Under the pieces are notes generated by a model, which was not told the DNA's origin, ran no database searches, and was given only the letters and a program-made list of their open reading frames with translations. A program made the position numbers and the translations under genes. DNA of 64,000 bases from an uncultured Planctomycetaceae bacterium (GTDB lineage: Bacteria > Planctomycetota > Planctomycetia > Isosphaerales > Isosphaeraceae). Numbering within the stretch: position 1 is the stretch's first letter; every line of letters starts with the position of its first letter. The stretch is from assembly GCA_963833985.1 (NCBI GenBank), contig CAWIAD010000002.1, positions 3,648,001 through 3,712,000 on the forward strand. The letters are read 5' to 3'. Shown here piece by piece: positions 48,600 through 61,350 of this stretch.

Positions 48600-49661
48600 G
48601 GCTTGTCTGTCGTCTGAAATGGCTTGCTCATATAAAAGAGGCACGTCTTTAGATCCCTTCGACCATGGAGGCGCGAAACTCAAGGCAGACTCAACCAGGT
48701 ACAGCGAGCCGGCTGCGAGACACCCCGAGTCCCGGCAGGGCCCGGCTCAGTCACAATCGCACGTCTTGCACAACCCCAGCCCCACGTGCGGCACGATGGC
48801 TCGCCCTCAGGCTCCAGTAGCCATGGGCACAACATACCACGCGAGACCAATCTAATGCACAATAGCAACTAATCATGGCGGTTCAAGTCTTTTCCTCGCG
48901 ATCAGGACCCGTCGCGCTTTTCAGGTTGCCCGATTTCACCAAGGCTGCATTTTTCTAATCCTGGAGTAGCGTTCAGTGCACTCAGTGCCACCCGATCCAG
49001 CAACGATCGGTATCGACGGAAACGTGATCGTTCAGAAACATTCGTGATTCAAGCAGACGGCCCGGTGTACAAGAGCTTTTTTGGCAGGTTCGGATCGCTT
49101 GATAGGACATCTCCCGTGGTGCGTGAACCCGTAGCCCATATGTGGCGGCGCACAGGGGATCGCAATTCCAGTAGTCGTATGTTCGACACCAGGGACCCTG
49201 ACGACTGCTCTCCTGGAACTTAAATCGTACCAAGAGTGGTACTTACGACATCAACGATGGAAGCGATCGCGAGTATAGCCAGATCCGGTCGATCTCGGCT
49301 CACTGGCCCTATCTTCTGCCTGCGCAATGGTTCCAGGCACGTGACAATCCAAAACGCATAAGTGCAATCATACACCCGTGTACTCACGGTGGGAGCATGC
49401 GTCAATGCACAATAACATGATGCCATGCACTCAAGTTATTTTAGGCGCCACAAATGATGCACGAAAAGGTGCCCAGGCCTCCGAAGGGACTCCCGGACCC
49501 GAGATGGAGGGGCAGGCGTCGCCTCTCCCTTGACTGCCATTAGGGAGCGCCTGGTGGGCGGAGGAATGCCGTTGACCAGACCACGGAGCCCCTCAGAGCC
49601 GTTGCGAAAAAACAACACGCCCGTCGGGTCCCGGCCCGTATCGTGAGGGCCGATTCGCTTT

Positions 49662-50654
49662 CTACCCGTTCACGGCTTGCATGGCCTGGGGAGGGTAGCG
49701 ATCACCCGATGCGAGTCCGGCGGGAATCAACAGATCGATCTGCGAAAGTTCCTCTGATGTGAGGTGAATACTCAGGGCTCCGAGGTTCTCGTCGAGGTAG
49801 CCGGCCCGCTTGGTCCCCGGAATGGGCACGATGTCTTCCCCTTGAGCCAGAACCCACGCGAGAGCGAGCTGGCTGGGCGTGCAGCCCTTGGCCCGGGCCA
49901 GGTCCTTGATCCTCTCGACAAGCTCGATGTTCTTGTGGAAGTTGTCGCCCTGGAAGCGGGGCGCCTGGCGGCGGTAGTCATCAGCGGCCAGGTCATCGAT
50001 GGATCGGAACTGTCCGGTGAGGAAGCCACGGCCCAGGGGACTGTAGGCGACGAATCCGACCCCGAGCTCGCGCACGAGGGGCAGCACCTCGGACTCTGGT
50101 TCGCGGCTCCAGAGCGAGTATTCGGTCTGAAGGGCCGCGATCGGGTGAACCGTACTTGCCCGCCGGATGGTTGCGGGCGCGGCTTCGGAGAGGCCGAGGT
50201 ACCGCACCTTTCCCGCCTTGACCAGATCGGCCATGGCCGTCACTGTTTCCTCGATCGGGGTCTTTGGATCAACGCGGTGCTGGTAGTAGAGGTCGATCAC
50301 ATCCACGTTCAGCCGCCTGAGGCTTTCGTCGCAGCATTGCCGGACGTAATCACGGTCGCCCCGAACGCCGAGGAACTCTCCCTTTTCGCCGCGCACATTG
50401 CCGAACTTTGTGGCCACGACCACCTGTTGCCGCCGTCCCTGGATGGCTTTGCCCACAAGCAGCTCGTTGCGGCCCGTCCCGTACATGTCCGCCGTATCGA
50501 GGAAGGTGCCGCCGGCGTCGAGATAGCGCTGGATGACGCGGATCGACTCGGATTCATCCATCCGGGAGGGGTCATAGAACTCGCTCATCCCCATGCACCC
50601 CAGGCCCAGCGCCGAGACGCGCAGTCCACCACGGCCGAGCTCGCGTGCTTTCAT
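49662..50654 (-). CDS. Aldo/keto reductase
   Basis: [25 protein letters not shown] and PIPGT. Confidence 0.92.
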   Translation of the reverse strand: MKARELGRGGLRVSALGLGCMGMSEFYDPSRMDESESIRVIQRYLDAGGTFLDTADMYGTGRNELLVGKAIQGRRQQVVVATKFGNVRGEKGEFLGVRGDRDYVRQCCDESLRRLNVDVIDLYYQHRVDPKTPIEETVTAMADLVKAGKVRYLGLSEAAPATIRRASTVHPIAALQTEYSLWSREPESEVLPLVRELGVGFVAYSPLGRGFLTGQFRSIDDLAADDYRRQAPRFQGDNFHKNIELVERIKDLARAKGCTPSQLALAWVLAQGEDIVPIPGTKRAGYLDENLGALSIHLTSEELSQIDLLIPAGLASGDRYPPQAMQAVNG

Positions 50655-51001
50655 TGTTCTTCCTCGCTGGCTGCGGGCAAGCCATCGTGACGATTCGACG
50701 CTGATCGCCGACGGTCCGTGCCGGTCATTGAACTCGGGATGATGCCTCGAGGACATCCGCTGGATCGGACAGGCCACTGCTGCCTAGAATAGAGTATTCA
50801 CGGTCCAGGGTCACGTGTCACATGATAGGTGCACGGGCGTAAAATGTTGTCAAATCCCCGGCCGTCTTCCACGGTTCAGGATGCTGGCTTCGCGGTTGGC
50901 GTCCTGAACGTGCAAGGGCTCTGGCCTCGACACGAGGTCGATCGGTCCGCGGGCTTGCGAGCAGGTGCGGCTCCAGAGTACCGCCACCCGGGGAGACGTC
51001 C

Positions 51002-52663
51002 ATGTTTTCAGCGTCGATCATACCAGCCGGCGGCCTGGATCAATGGACTCTCAGGGGCCTCGTCCTGGCGTTGCTGATGGTGCCTGCCGGGGGCTGCTTG
51101 GCCGAGCTCAAGGCCGCGGACCGGCCACGAGCGGGCGCGGTCAAGAGCGAGAGCGAGGGGCGTGCCGCCTTCATCGACCGGCTGCTCGAGAGCACATGGA
51201 AAAAAGCGGGCGTCACGGCGGCCAGGCCCGCAAGCGACGAGGAGTACCTGAGGCGGGCGTATCTCGATGTGCTGGGCCGGATCCCCACAGTCGCTGAGGC
51301 GCGGGCGTTCTTGCAGACGAAGGAGCGGGACAAGCGCGACAAGCTGGTGGACTACCTGCTGGGGCACGCCGACTACCCCAAGAACCTCGCGACCCAGTGG
51401 ACGATTCTGCTGATCGGCCGGGGCAACCAGGGACGGATGGTAGACAGGGCCGCGCTGGCCAGCTGGCTGCGCAAGCAGTTCGCAGCCAATCGCCCCTGGA
51501 ACGACGTCGTGTACGACCTCGTGACGGCATCCGGCTCGAACAAGGACAACGGCGCGGTCAACTACGTGCTGGCCCATCTGGAATTCGAGGCGGTGCCGCT
51601 CACCTCGCGCACTACGAGGCTCTTCCTGGGCCAGCAGATCCAGTGCACTCAGTGTCATGATCACCCCTCGAACGACTGGAAGCAGGGCGATTTCTGGGGC
51701 ATCAATGCGTTCTTCAAGGGTCTCAGGACCGAGCAAAAGACGGCGACGAGCGCGACCGGTCTGGAGGTCTACGACCACACGGAGCTGCGCGATGAGCCCA
51801 GCGACGCGTATGTCCGGTTCGACAAGCGCAACGGCCTGGTCGGCATCGCATTTCCCAAGTTTCTGAATGGAAAGAAGATCAGCCAGGGGGCCGACGTTAT
51901 CCGGCGCGTCGAGCTGGGCAAGCTGATCGTCGATCCCAGGAACGAAGAGCTGGCGCAGGCGTTTGTGAACCGGACGTGGGCGCACTTCCTCGGCCGCGGG
52001 TTCGTCAATCCCGTGGACGACATTGGCCCGCACAATCCACCGAGCAACCCCGAGCTGCTGGACGAGCTGACGCATGCATTCCAGAAGAGCCGATACGATG
52101 TCAAGCAACTGATTCGCTGGATCATGGCCAGCCGCGCCTACCAGGCCAGCAGCGTGAAGGGGAAGGGGGCCGAGAAGGAGGAGGGGCTCTTCAACGTCAT
52201 GCAGCTTCGGCCCATGTCACCCGAGCAGCTTTTTGACTCGCTGCTCACGGCGACCAGCGCCCATCGAGCGGGCAATGGCGCCCGGAGCGACCAGAAACGG
52301 GACGCCTGGCTGAAGCAGTTTCTGTTCGCCTTCGGCAATGACGAGGGGGACGAAGCGACGAGCTTCCAGGGCACGATTCCCCAGGCGCTGATGATGATGA
52401 ACGGCGAACTGCTGCGTGATGCGCTTTCCGGCAAACCGGGGAGCTTCCTTGCCGATTGCCTCGAGCAGGCAAAATCCCAGCCCCGGGCGCCCGCAGCGTT
52501 CATGGTGAGTCAGATCTATCTGGCAGCCCTCAGCCGTTATCCCACGCGCAAGGAGTTCCAGCGTGCCGGGCAGTATCTCTCGGCCTATCCGGACTCGCTG
52601 CCCGTGCTTCAGGACCTGTTCTGGGCGCTGCTCAATTCCAATGAGTTCATCCTGATCCACTGA
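51002..52663 (+). CDS. DUF1549/DUF1553 (PSD1) Planctomycete protein
   Basis: LRRAYLDVLGRIP, CTQCHDHP, VNRTWAHFLGRG and DLFWALLNSNEF. Confidence 0.9.
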   Translation: MFSASIIPAGGLDQWTLRGLVLALLMVPAGGCLAELKAADRPRAGAVKSESEGRAAFIDRLLESTWKKAGVTAARPASDEEYLRRAYLDVLGRIPTVAEARAFLQTKERDKRDKLVDYLLGHADYPKNLATQWTILLIGRGNQGRMVDRAALASWLRKQFAANRPWNDVVYDLVTASGSNKDNGAVNYVLAHLEFEAVPLTSRTTRLFLGQQIQCTQCHDHPSNDWKQGDFWGINAFFKGLRTEQKTATSATGLEVYDHTELRDEPSDAYVRFDKRNGLVGIAFPKFLNGKKISQGADVIRRVELGKLIVDPRNEELAQAFVNRTWAHFLGRGFVNPVDDIGPHNPPSNPELLDELTHAFQKSRYDVKQLIRWIMASRAYQASSVKGKGAEKEEGLFNVMQLRPMSPEQLFDSLLTATSAHRAGNGARSDQKRDAWLKQFLFAFGNDEGDEATSFQGTIPQALMMMNGELLRDALSGKPGSFLADCLEQAKSQPRAPAAFMVSQIYLAALSRYPTRKEFQRAGQYLSAYPDSLPVLQDLFWALLNSNEFILIH

Positions 52664-52755
52664 TCACACGATTCTCCTGCTGGAGCCGCCTGCCGGATTC
52701 AGGCATATCGCCTGTACCGGCGTGCCAGCGAGCTTGACCCGAAGGAGCCCTCGCC

Positions 52756-54045
52756 GTGTTCTCCGCCGACATGAGGCCTCGAATGCAGCCCAATCGACGC
52801 CATTTCCTGGGCCACCTGACGGCCACGGCCCTGGGCGTTCCGGCCCTTCAGTTTTTCTCCGCCCTGGCCGCCCGCGGCGAGCAGGCGCGGAAGAACCATC
52901 GCAGTTGCATTGTGCTCTGGATGTCCGGCGGTCCGAGCCACCTGGACATCTGGGACCTGAAGCCCGAGAGCGACAAGAACGGCGGCCCCTTCCGGCCGAT
53001 TGCCACATCCGCGCCCGGCGTCCAGATCTCCGAGCACATGCCCCGGATGGCCAGGCAAATGCAGCACATGAGCATCATTCGCTCTCTCGATTCCAAGGAA
53101 GGCAATCACGACCGCGGGACATACCTGATGCACTCGGGATACGCCCCGAACCCGACGGTGGTGCACCCCGGCTGGGGGTCGATCGCCGCTTATGAGCTGG
53201 GAGAGCAGCTCAAGAACCTGGATTTGCCCCACTGCGTGGCCATCAACGAGCCCGGCATGGGAGCGGGTTTTCTGGGCATGTCATACTCGCCGTTCGTGGT
53301 GCAAAACCCGAACGCGCCGATTGCGAACCTGAAGCCGCCAGGGGATGTCGACTCGCAGCGGTTCGATCGCCGGCTGGAGATGCTCTCACACCTGGAGAAC
53401 GACTTCATCGCCACGCGCCGCAGCTCCATGGCCGTGGACCACAAGGCGATCTATGGCAAGACGATCCGCATGATGAACTCGAAATACAAGGAAATCTTCA
53501 ACCTGAAGACCGAGGCGCCGGCCGTTCGAGAAGCCTACGGAGCCGGTTCGTTCGGCTCCGGCTGCCTGATGGCCCGCCGGCTGGTGGAGCAGGGGGTGAC
53601 CTACGTGGAGGTCGCGCTGGGCGGCTGGGACACGCACGCCAACAACTTCGAGACGCTGTCGAAGCGGCTGCTCCCCGAGCTGGACCAGGGCATGTCCGCC
53701 CTGGTGGCCGACCTGGCCCAGCGGGGCTTGCTGGAGAGCACCCTGGTGGTCTGGATGGGCGAGTTCGGCCGTACGCCCCGGATCAACCAGAATGCCGGCC
53801 GCGATCACTGGCCGCGGAGCTGGTCGGTGGTGGTCGGCGGGGGCGGGACACGAGGCGGTCAAACGGTGGGCGCGACCGACCGGGACGGCGTGGATATCAC
53901 GGAACGCCCGGTCGGCGTGATGGACCTGATCGCCACGATGACGAAGAGCATGGGCATCAACATCGATACCCAGTACACCACGCCGCGCGGCCGGCCCTTG
54001 AAGGTGGTTGACGGCGGCCAGCCAATTCGCGAGCTGATCGGCTGA
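52756..54045 (+). CDS. DUF1501 protein
   Basis: NRRHFL, WMSGGPSHLDIWD, GGWDTH, GEFGRTP and RDHWP. Confidence 0.92.
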   Translation: MFSADMRPRMQPNRRHFLGHLTATALGVPALQFFSALAARGEQARKNHRSCIVLWMSGGPSHLDIWDLKPESDKNGGPFRPIATSAPGVQISEHMPRMARQMQHMSIIRSLDSKEGNHDRGTYLMHSGYAPNPTVVHPGWGSIAAYELGEQLKNLDLPHCVAINEPGMGAGFLGMSYSPFVVQNPNAPIANLKPPGDVDSQRFDRRLEMLSHLENDFIATRRSSMAVDHKAIYGKTIRMMNSKYKEIFNLKTEAPAVREAYGAGSFGSGCLMARRLVEQGVTYVEVALGGWDTHANNFETLSKRLLPELDQGMSALVADLAQRGLLESTLVVWMGEFGRTPRINQNAGRDHWPRSWSVVVGGGGTRGGQTVGATDRDGVDITERPVGVMDLIATMTKSMGINIDTQYTTPRGRPLKVVDGGQPIRELIG

Positions 54046-54088
54046 AACAGTTCAAACGGCACGCAAGGTGAGTGCTCAGGGCCGGCTC

Positions 54089-57000
54089 TCACCCGTTCGC
54101 GGTGGCAGCCCGGGGCGCAGCCGGCTTGGACCAGCCCAGGCAGGCCGGCAGCAGGCCGCAAATCACGGCCGCCGGTCCGCCCAGCAAGGCGAGCATGCCA
54201 AGGCAGCCCGCCAGCATCATCAGGCACATTGTAGCCGGGTGCCTGCGCACCAGCGCCGCGGGGAGCAGCAGCACCAGCAGTCCCAGCGTCAAGATCAGCC
54301 GCGCGCGATCGGGAGGCACGCTCTCCAGGGACGTGGGGCTCTCAACCGTTCCGCCAACGCGGGTCGGCGGCTCGTTCAATCCCGAGCTCAGACCGATGAG
54401 GTAGGAAGGCCGACCCAGGTGGCGGAGCCGGTCCGGACCAGCCGGCTCGGGCACGGCGGCCCGGAAGCTGGCCGAGGTGCTCGAGCTCAGTCCCAGATAG
54501 CTGCGGGCCGCCTCGAGCTCATCATCCATGGCGGCGGTGCGGAGCAGCTCGAGGAGGGCCTTGCGCGTGGATTGAATCACTTCCAGATCACGCTCCGCGC
54601 GCTCCTTGCGGGTCCGGTCGCCGGCTCGGGCGCTGTCGCGCAGCGACTGTTCCGCGCTTCTCAGCGCCAGTTCGTGCGCAATCAGGAGGGCCGTGGCTCG
54701 TTCCCGGTCGCGGCCCGAGCTGCGATCGATCTGCGCGATGAAGTCGCTGATCTGCTGCGCGATGCGATCGGCCCGCTCCAGCTCCATGCGGTCGGGCACC
54801 GTCAGTTCCAGACCCGCGAGCGACGGCTTGGCGGCCAGTGTCTCAGGCAGGTGCAGCGTGAGCAGAGTGCTGATACGACCCAGCCCCGCACGGGGGAGCA
54901 TGAGCGACCAGTCAAAACCATGGGAGTCTCCTTGCTGGCACGCGGCGTTCCAGAAGAGTGAGACGCGCCCTGGTCCCTGGCCTCCCAGCGGAACCAGCCA
55001 CTTGCCGTCGCTGGAACGGAATGGCGACGTGGGCGTCTGGTCGACCGTGGCGTGAACCAGCTCGCTGCCGGTGGGGACCTCGGCGACGAGAAACCGTCCG
55101 GAGCGAGGCCGGGTCTCGTAGACGGCACGGCCCTGAACCGATTGATCCGGCAAGACCGTGACGTCGATATCGGCCGCAGTCACCACGGCGGATTCGCTGG
55201 CCGTTTCCGCGGTATCGTCCGCGGCGACGGGGACCTGGACCTTCAGGGACCAGATCTCTTGCTGGACATGAAACGCCCGGGAGCTCGTTCCGGGAGCCTC
55301 GCCGAACTCCGCGTCCGTGAAGTGGTTGGTGCGGCGAACCTCGTGCAGCCCGCTTGATCCCGCGGTGGTCAGCGGCCTCCCGGTGGCATAGACGAGTCCG
55401 AGATACGTATCCACGCTGCCGTACCCGAGCGGTGCGATCTCGGGAAACTGCAATTCCTGACCCGGCAAGAGACGTATCGACGAGCGCACCACGAGGTGCT
55501 GCACGCCCCAGACGGCGTGTGCGGGCGTGATCTTCCACAGCACGAACGGGCCGAGCGCATCGGAACGGACGTCGAACTTTCCTCCAGCCACAACCACCTG
55601 TGCGTTCGCGGCCCACGAAGGGGAAAGCCTGAGATGAATGGAGTCCAGCGCACCTCCTAGCACCCGGTAGCGGAGCACGGCAGTCCACTCTGCGGATTCC
55701 GGATTGACGGTGATCTGGCTCTCGATCTGCACGTTCACGCCGGGGGGAGCCGAGCTCCATTTCAGAAGACCGAGCTTCGTCGGGTCGCTTACCCGATAGA
55801 TCTGCCGCGTGGGTACACCGGACGCCCCGGTTGCCGGCTCTCCGGACCGCGGCGCCAGGCCTGCCGCCTCGCTGACCTGATGGCTCGTCGGGGAGACGAT
55901 GGTCAGAGTGGACGACGAAGCGTCCATGCCCAGGACCTCAACCCACGGCGTCGCCCGCTGCAAGGGCTGGCTACCGGTTCTCAGGGGATCCTCGGCCACG
56001 GGTATCCAGCCGGACAGCTTCAACTGTCGCCGCGATCGAGAAAAGACTCGATCGTACCGCAGCACAAGACGTCCGGGGCCGGGCCGGCTCCAGGCCGAAA
56101 GCGCATCGGAATGGACGCTCAGGACGACGAGTTCGGGCGGAATGGCCATCTCCAGGCGGTCCAGTGTGCCGGCCACGTCGTCGAGGTCGGCCTCGAACTG
56201 GACGTCGATACGACCCGGCTGGATGCTCAGTAGAACGGACGGCTTGATCTTCACGTGGGGGCGAGCCGGTCCCGTGAGCAGGCTCGGAGAATACTCGCGG
56301 CTCAGCCGGCAAGTGCCGGCGAGCGTGAGCCTGTCGTCGGGCAAGGGGCCCCAGAGCTTGACGAAACTCTCGTCGCTCAAGGAGTCCGTGCCCACGACCG
56401 GCTCGAGCCGGCCGGTCCAGTGCCCGGGCCTGCGCAGCCCGAGCAGGCCGGAGTAGCGTTCCACGCCGGTGGGCTCCAGGTACGGGAAGCGGCGGACCGA
56501 TTCACCTGCCGGCCGATCAGCCGGTGCCGTTCTCGCCTCCTCCGCGGCCGGCGGCGACACGGGCCGCCAGAGGTCGAGCATCAGGACATCGCCGTCCTTC
56601 AACGGTGGATCCAATCGCGCTGTCCACACCGGCCGCTCGGCAGTGCCGTCCCAGGAGGCGTCGATCAGGCCGGGGATCGCGGCCGAGCGGACCATCAGGC
56701 CCGGATCCACCTGAAAGCTCACGCTTGAAGCTCCCCGCGTTCCCCGGTAGGTGAACCTCGCATGAACGCGGTCGCCGGCTGGCTCGATGTCCCAGAGCAC
56801 GATGCTTTCAAGACTCACTCCGGCGCCTGGGCCGCCGGGTCGAGCCGTTCCCCGGAGTCGATCTCCACCTGCCGTACCGGGCCGAGGTCGGCCAGGAGCG
56901 GCTCGCCAGGCGTGTCGGTCAGCTTGCCGCGCGCATTCACAGAGACTTGCGTTCCGGGCCGCGACAGCAAGGAACCGGCCGGACGCTCCAGAATAAGTCG

Positions 57001-60000
57001 CGCCGAGGGCGAGGGGTTCACGGGAAAGACGAGAGTGGTCGCCGGCCCCTGGGCTGGCGCAGTGATCGACCTGCGAACTCTCAGGTTGAACATGCCTGGC
57101 CCCGGAATCGTCATCGTTGCCTGCTGCCCGCCGGCCTCGATGAACAGCGGGACGGCCCGGCCATCGAGCTCCGCGGCGATGTCATGCGCACCAGAGATGG
57201 GAACTTTCCAGGAAGCTGCCGGCCCAGCGCTGGCCTCGAACTCCAGCTCGCTCACGAGCAGGACCTCATTCGCGGCGATCCGCTGGACGCGGTGGGTCGC
57301 TCCGGTCAGGACCACCTCGCCCGGCGGCGCGGGGGCAGGGCGCCCGGCAAGCTGTTGAAGCCGCTGATAATCGGTCTCACGGAGCAAGACCTGCGTCGCG
57401 GGCCGGGCGGGGTCGTACGTACCCTCGTAAGGGAGCAACACGGGAATCGGCCCCTGAACCTCACGGCGGGCTGTGGCCTGGCCCTGCACCAGCAACAAAG
57501 CCGCTACCACCAGCAGCGGGGCACTGCGCAAAGACGGGCGCGAGAGCGCGGATCGCGCGGGTTGGCCACGCCCGGGCCGTGCTCCCCGGCCGGGCAGGCG
57601 GAAGCTGACCTGACGTCCCAGGCCGTAAAGCAAGCTGGCCAGCGCACCGGCGCAGACTCCCGCCGCCGGAGCGGCCAGGTCTCCATCGCGCCAGAGATGC
57701 AGGAGCACCGCCAGCGCGATTGTGACCAGCGCCGCGATTCCATGGAGGGGCGCGCCGGACTGGCGGCGCTGACCGGCCCAAAGGACGACAAACACGACGA
57801 TGGCGACCAGCCAGCTCACGCAGCATTCCCAGCGTTCGTCCCTCAGCTCCACCTGGCTCCTTTCGGTCGGCCAGGCCGCGCCGATGAATTTCCAGGTCGT
57901 CCAGCCGGGCAGCTCGCGCAGCACATTTTCCGCTTTGCTTCCCGGCGGCTCAAACGGGGTGATCTCGCCACGCCAGCGCATGGAAGTCTGAAACCGATCC
58001 GATCGATCGGAACCCCACAAGAGCGCCTCACTCACGGCCTGGCTCCAGGAATCTGCCTGCTCCCGCGCTGGCTGCGGTCTGTGACGTGATGAGCAGCGTG
58101 GAATCGAAGCGCAGCAGAGCCAGGCCGAACTGTTCGAGGGTAAGTACCGCGGCAGGCCTCCCCCCCGCGGCCGCGCGAATCGGATTGCACCGCGCCCGCG
58201 GCCCCAATCCGGCGGCACTCAGGGCAAGCCGGTCGACCAGCAGCGGGGTCGCCGCCGAGTCCCACCGAGTGAACCACTCAGCGACGGTCAGCTCGCCGGG
58301 CGGCGCACCGGCCAGCATCTCGTCGAGCCGGCGGTAGACTTCCTCGCCAACCAGCCGGGTGGACGGTGTGCGGTCCAACCAGCGCCATTCCGGTATTCCC
58401 AGCATTCCGAACGGCCAGCCCGGCCCGGATGCACGGTCACCGCACAACATACCCGTGCTGGTCGCAGTGAGCTTCCAGTGCGGCTGGGTGATCAGCTCCC
58501 AGCTGAAGGAAAGGCATGGCAATCCCAGTCGCGGCACCGCGGGGCGGATGGCCGAGCCCGATGCAACGGTCTTTCCGTTCGTCTCGTAGTCCAGATCCAC
58601 GGTCTTGTAGCGTAAACCCGAGGCGTTGCGCTGGAGCGCGATCGAGAGCGACGTGCCGTGAACAACTGGCGTCACGGCCGTCCCGTCAAGCTGGGCCGCG
58701 ATGAGCCGGCTGTCCGGGGGCATGTCGAACCGGAGGTCGGCGAACTGCTCGGCATGCAAGGTGATTCGCAGCCGGTTGAGCCACACTCCGCTAGTGTGCA
58801 GGACTGTGGTCAGGTAGGCATCGCGGATGACGCCGGCCCTGGGGTGCTCCTCGAGCGGCTCGGTGCTGAGCTCCAGCGCGCCTCCCGGTTCGGTGAACGT
58901 GAAGGCGCAAGCGGTCAGATCGCTCCGGCCTGGTGCTGCCGGCGGTCGCTCCGGCCTCGGTCCGGCCTCCTGCCGTCGCAGGTCGGCGACCCGTTCCGCG
59001 TAGCCTGGTTCCAGCCGGCGTAGACCCGCGGTCTTGACCGCCAGCCGCATGTGCACTGGAACCTGCACGAGCACCGTGGTCCTGGGAAGAAGCGTCCTCG
59101 GTGCCGAGAGCAGCGGTACCGGGCCGCCATGGTTCCAGGGCAGGCGCGCCTCGAACTCCAGGCGCGTGGGCACGTCAACGGGGGAGCCCAGGCGAACCCC
59201 CCAGGCCAGTCCGGCCTCAGGCAGACCGAGGAGCGACCGCACGGGCTGATCCAGGGGCTCCGCGGCCAGCGTGCTCCTGTCTCGGCCGGCTCGGAACGTC
59301 CAGGCAACCGAGCCGGAGGACGGCGAATTGATCCAGATTGGCAGGACGTCCAGCGGCCGGCTGCCCGGCTTCACCGTGATCTGCCCCGCCAGCGCCAGGT
59401 GGCTGCCGTCCTGCTCGATCCGTGCTCGGTAGCTGATCTCGACCCTGGGATCTTGATCGACCTGGTCGATCTCCACCGTGGCAGACGCAAGCTCGCCGGT
59501 CCAGCGCCAGGCAAGGGCGGGGCGGGAGTCCGGGCCAGGGACTGCGGCAGAGTCCTCCGTTTCCTTGGCCGGCGGGGGATCGAGCCATGCCAGCCCGTGC
59601 GCCGCGATCGGCCTGAGCGTCGTGCTTTCCTCGGCCGTCGCCACCCAGCTCTCGTCGCTCACAACCATGCCCAGAGGGCGGGCGCGAGGAAGGACCAGCG
59701 GTCCGCGGCCATTGGGCGCTGTGGCTGAGGCGGAGATCTGGAGGGTCTGCCCTTGTGGTGCTGCCTCTCCCCCTGGAATCAGGATGTGCAATCGGGTGCT
59801 ACCGTCGGCCTGGATCGTCGGCTGCCAGGAAATCGCGTCGTCCAGTCCGCCGTAGCGCACCCGTCCAGGCGTCCAGGTTGCCGGCAGGTCGATATCGAGT
59901 TCTCGCCCGGAAATGCTGCCGCCCAGGCCGCTCAGTTCGCATTCCATGGCGGGTGCCGACGTGCCGACCAGCAGCCGGCCCCTGACCAGGCACGGCGGCA

Positions 60001-61207
60001 CAGCGGAGGACTGGCGAAAGACGAGGTCGGCAACCGGCTCCGGGGAGCTCGATTCGAAGATGATCGCCCCGGCGCTTGCGGGCTCACTTCCTTGCGACGG
60101 CACCCGCCGGCCGGCACGCTCGCGGCAATCCTCGATGATCCGCAGCGGATCGACGGAAACCGCCGTGGTACCGCCGGTCCACACGGCGTCGAGGGGCTGG
60201 ATGGCCGGAACGGTCCAGAGTCCCTCCAGCGGAGCCCTGGCGTGCGCCTCGAAGGTCACCATCGAGGGAGTCCCGCTGACGGCGGCCAGGGAGACACGAA
60301 CCCGAGTGCCCGCGCCGGTGCGTTCGGACTGAAAGTCCTTGACGGTCGGTCCGGACACACCGATCAGCTCCAAGCCCGGGCTGAGTTCGGCCGACAGCTG
60401 GATCGGGCCGCGGCGATCCGTCTGGACAGTCCAGTCGGTTCTCCAGTTCGCCGGTGCCAGGTTGCCCGCGACGGGCGCGCCGAGAAATATCCGGGTCGGT
60501 CCGTTGACCCAGACCAGCGATTGTTCACGCGGTGACGACGGCCGGAGGCTCGGGATCAGGTGCAGGTTGGTCAGCGCCGGCTTGCCATGAAACCTCCACG
60601 ACCGGAAGCCTTCCGTCGCGCAGGGAAGGGGCCCCTCGCGAAAACCCGCGGGCCCCATGGGCACCAGGCCCACGGGTACCTCGAGGGTAAGCTCGGTGGT
60701 GTCTTCGCCGGGGAGTCCCAGGGCGAAGCTTCTGCCATCGGAACCAGGCCGCGCACGCAGGTCCCAGCTCAGGACCACGTCGCGCTGCACGCCGGGGCTG
60801 GCTGCCGGCGGCTCGACCCGCAGCACTGTCTGGCCGGCCAGATTCGTGCCGACCAGGGCCTGTCGGTCCGCGATCGGATGGGCCATCGGGGTCCATGGTT
60901 CGAGTACAAGGCTGGCTCGCCTCTCGCCCGGGACCGACACCGCCAGCCGGCTCTCTCCGTGCAAGACTCCCGCGTTCCAGCGTGCGCGGTGCCGGGCTCG
61001 GATCAACCTGGGTGCCGGCGCGAACCCCTCCGGCGGCACCGCCCGCGTGGCCGCATCCAGCAGTGATTCGAACCGTTCGGCGGAGAGTCTCCGCACCGCG
61101 GTCCCCGCAGGAAACCAGTCTCCGGCGGCGGCCGATGGAACGTGCACCCGGATGATCTCAGGGGGCGAAGCACCGGTCGTCGCAATCAGCAAGCCCAGGA
61201 GCAGCAT
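54089..61207 (-). CDS. Very large membrane-associated hypothetical protein, apparently split by frameshifts (ORFs 58028-61207, 56815-~58070, 54089-56818)
   Basis: Consecutive overlapping minus-strand ORFs of the same compositional style; the protein-like frame switches near 58070 and possibly 56820. Confidence 0.55.
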
Positions 61208-61350
61208 GACGGCTCCTGGATGCTTCCCCGATCGTCCACCCCATTCCACCGGCCGTGCGGGCGCCGCGTCACATTGCCGGCGGTGCCGGGAAAACACAAG
61301 GGCACCTCCCGCGGGCCCGTCGCCGCTGGGGGCCGAGTGAGCCGATGAGA

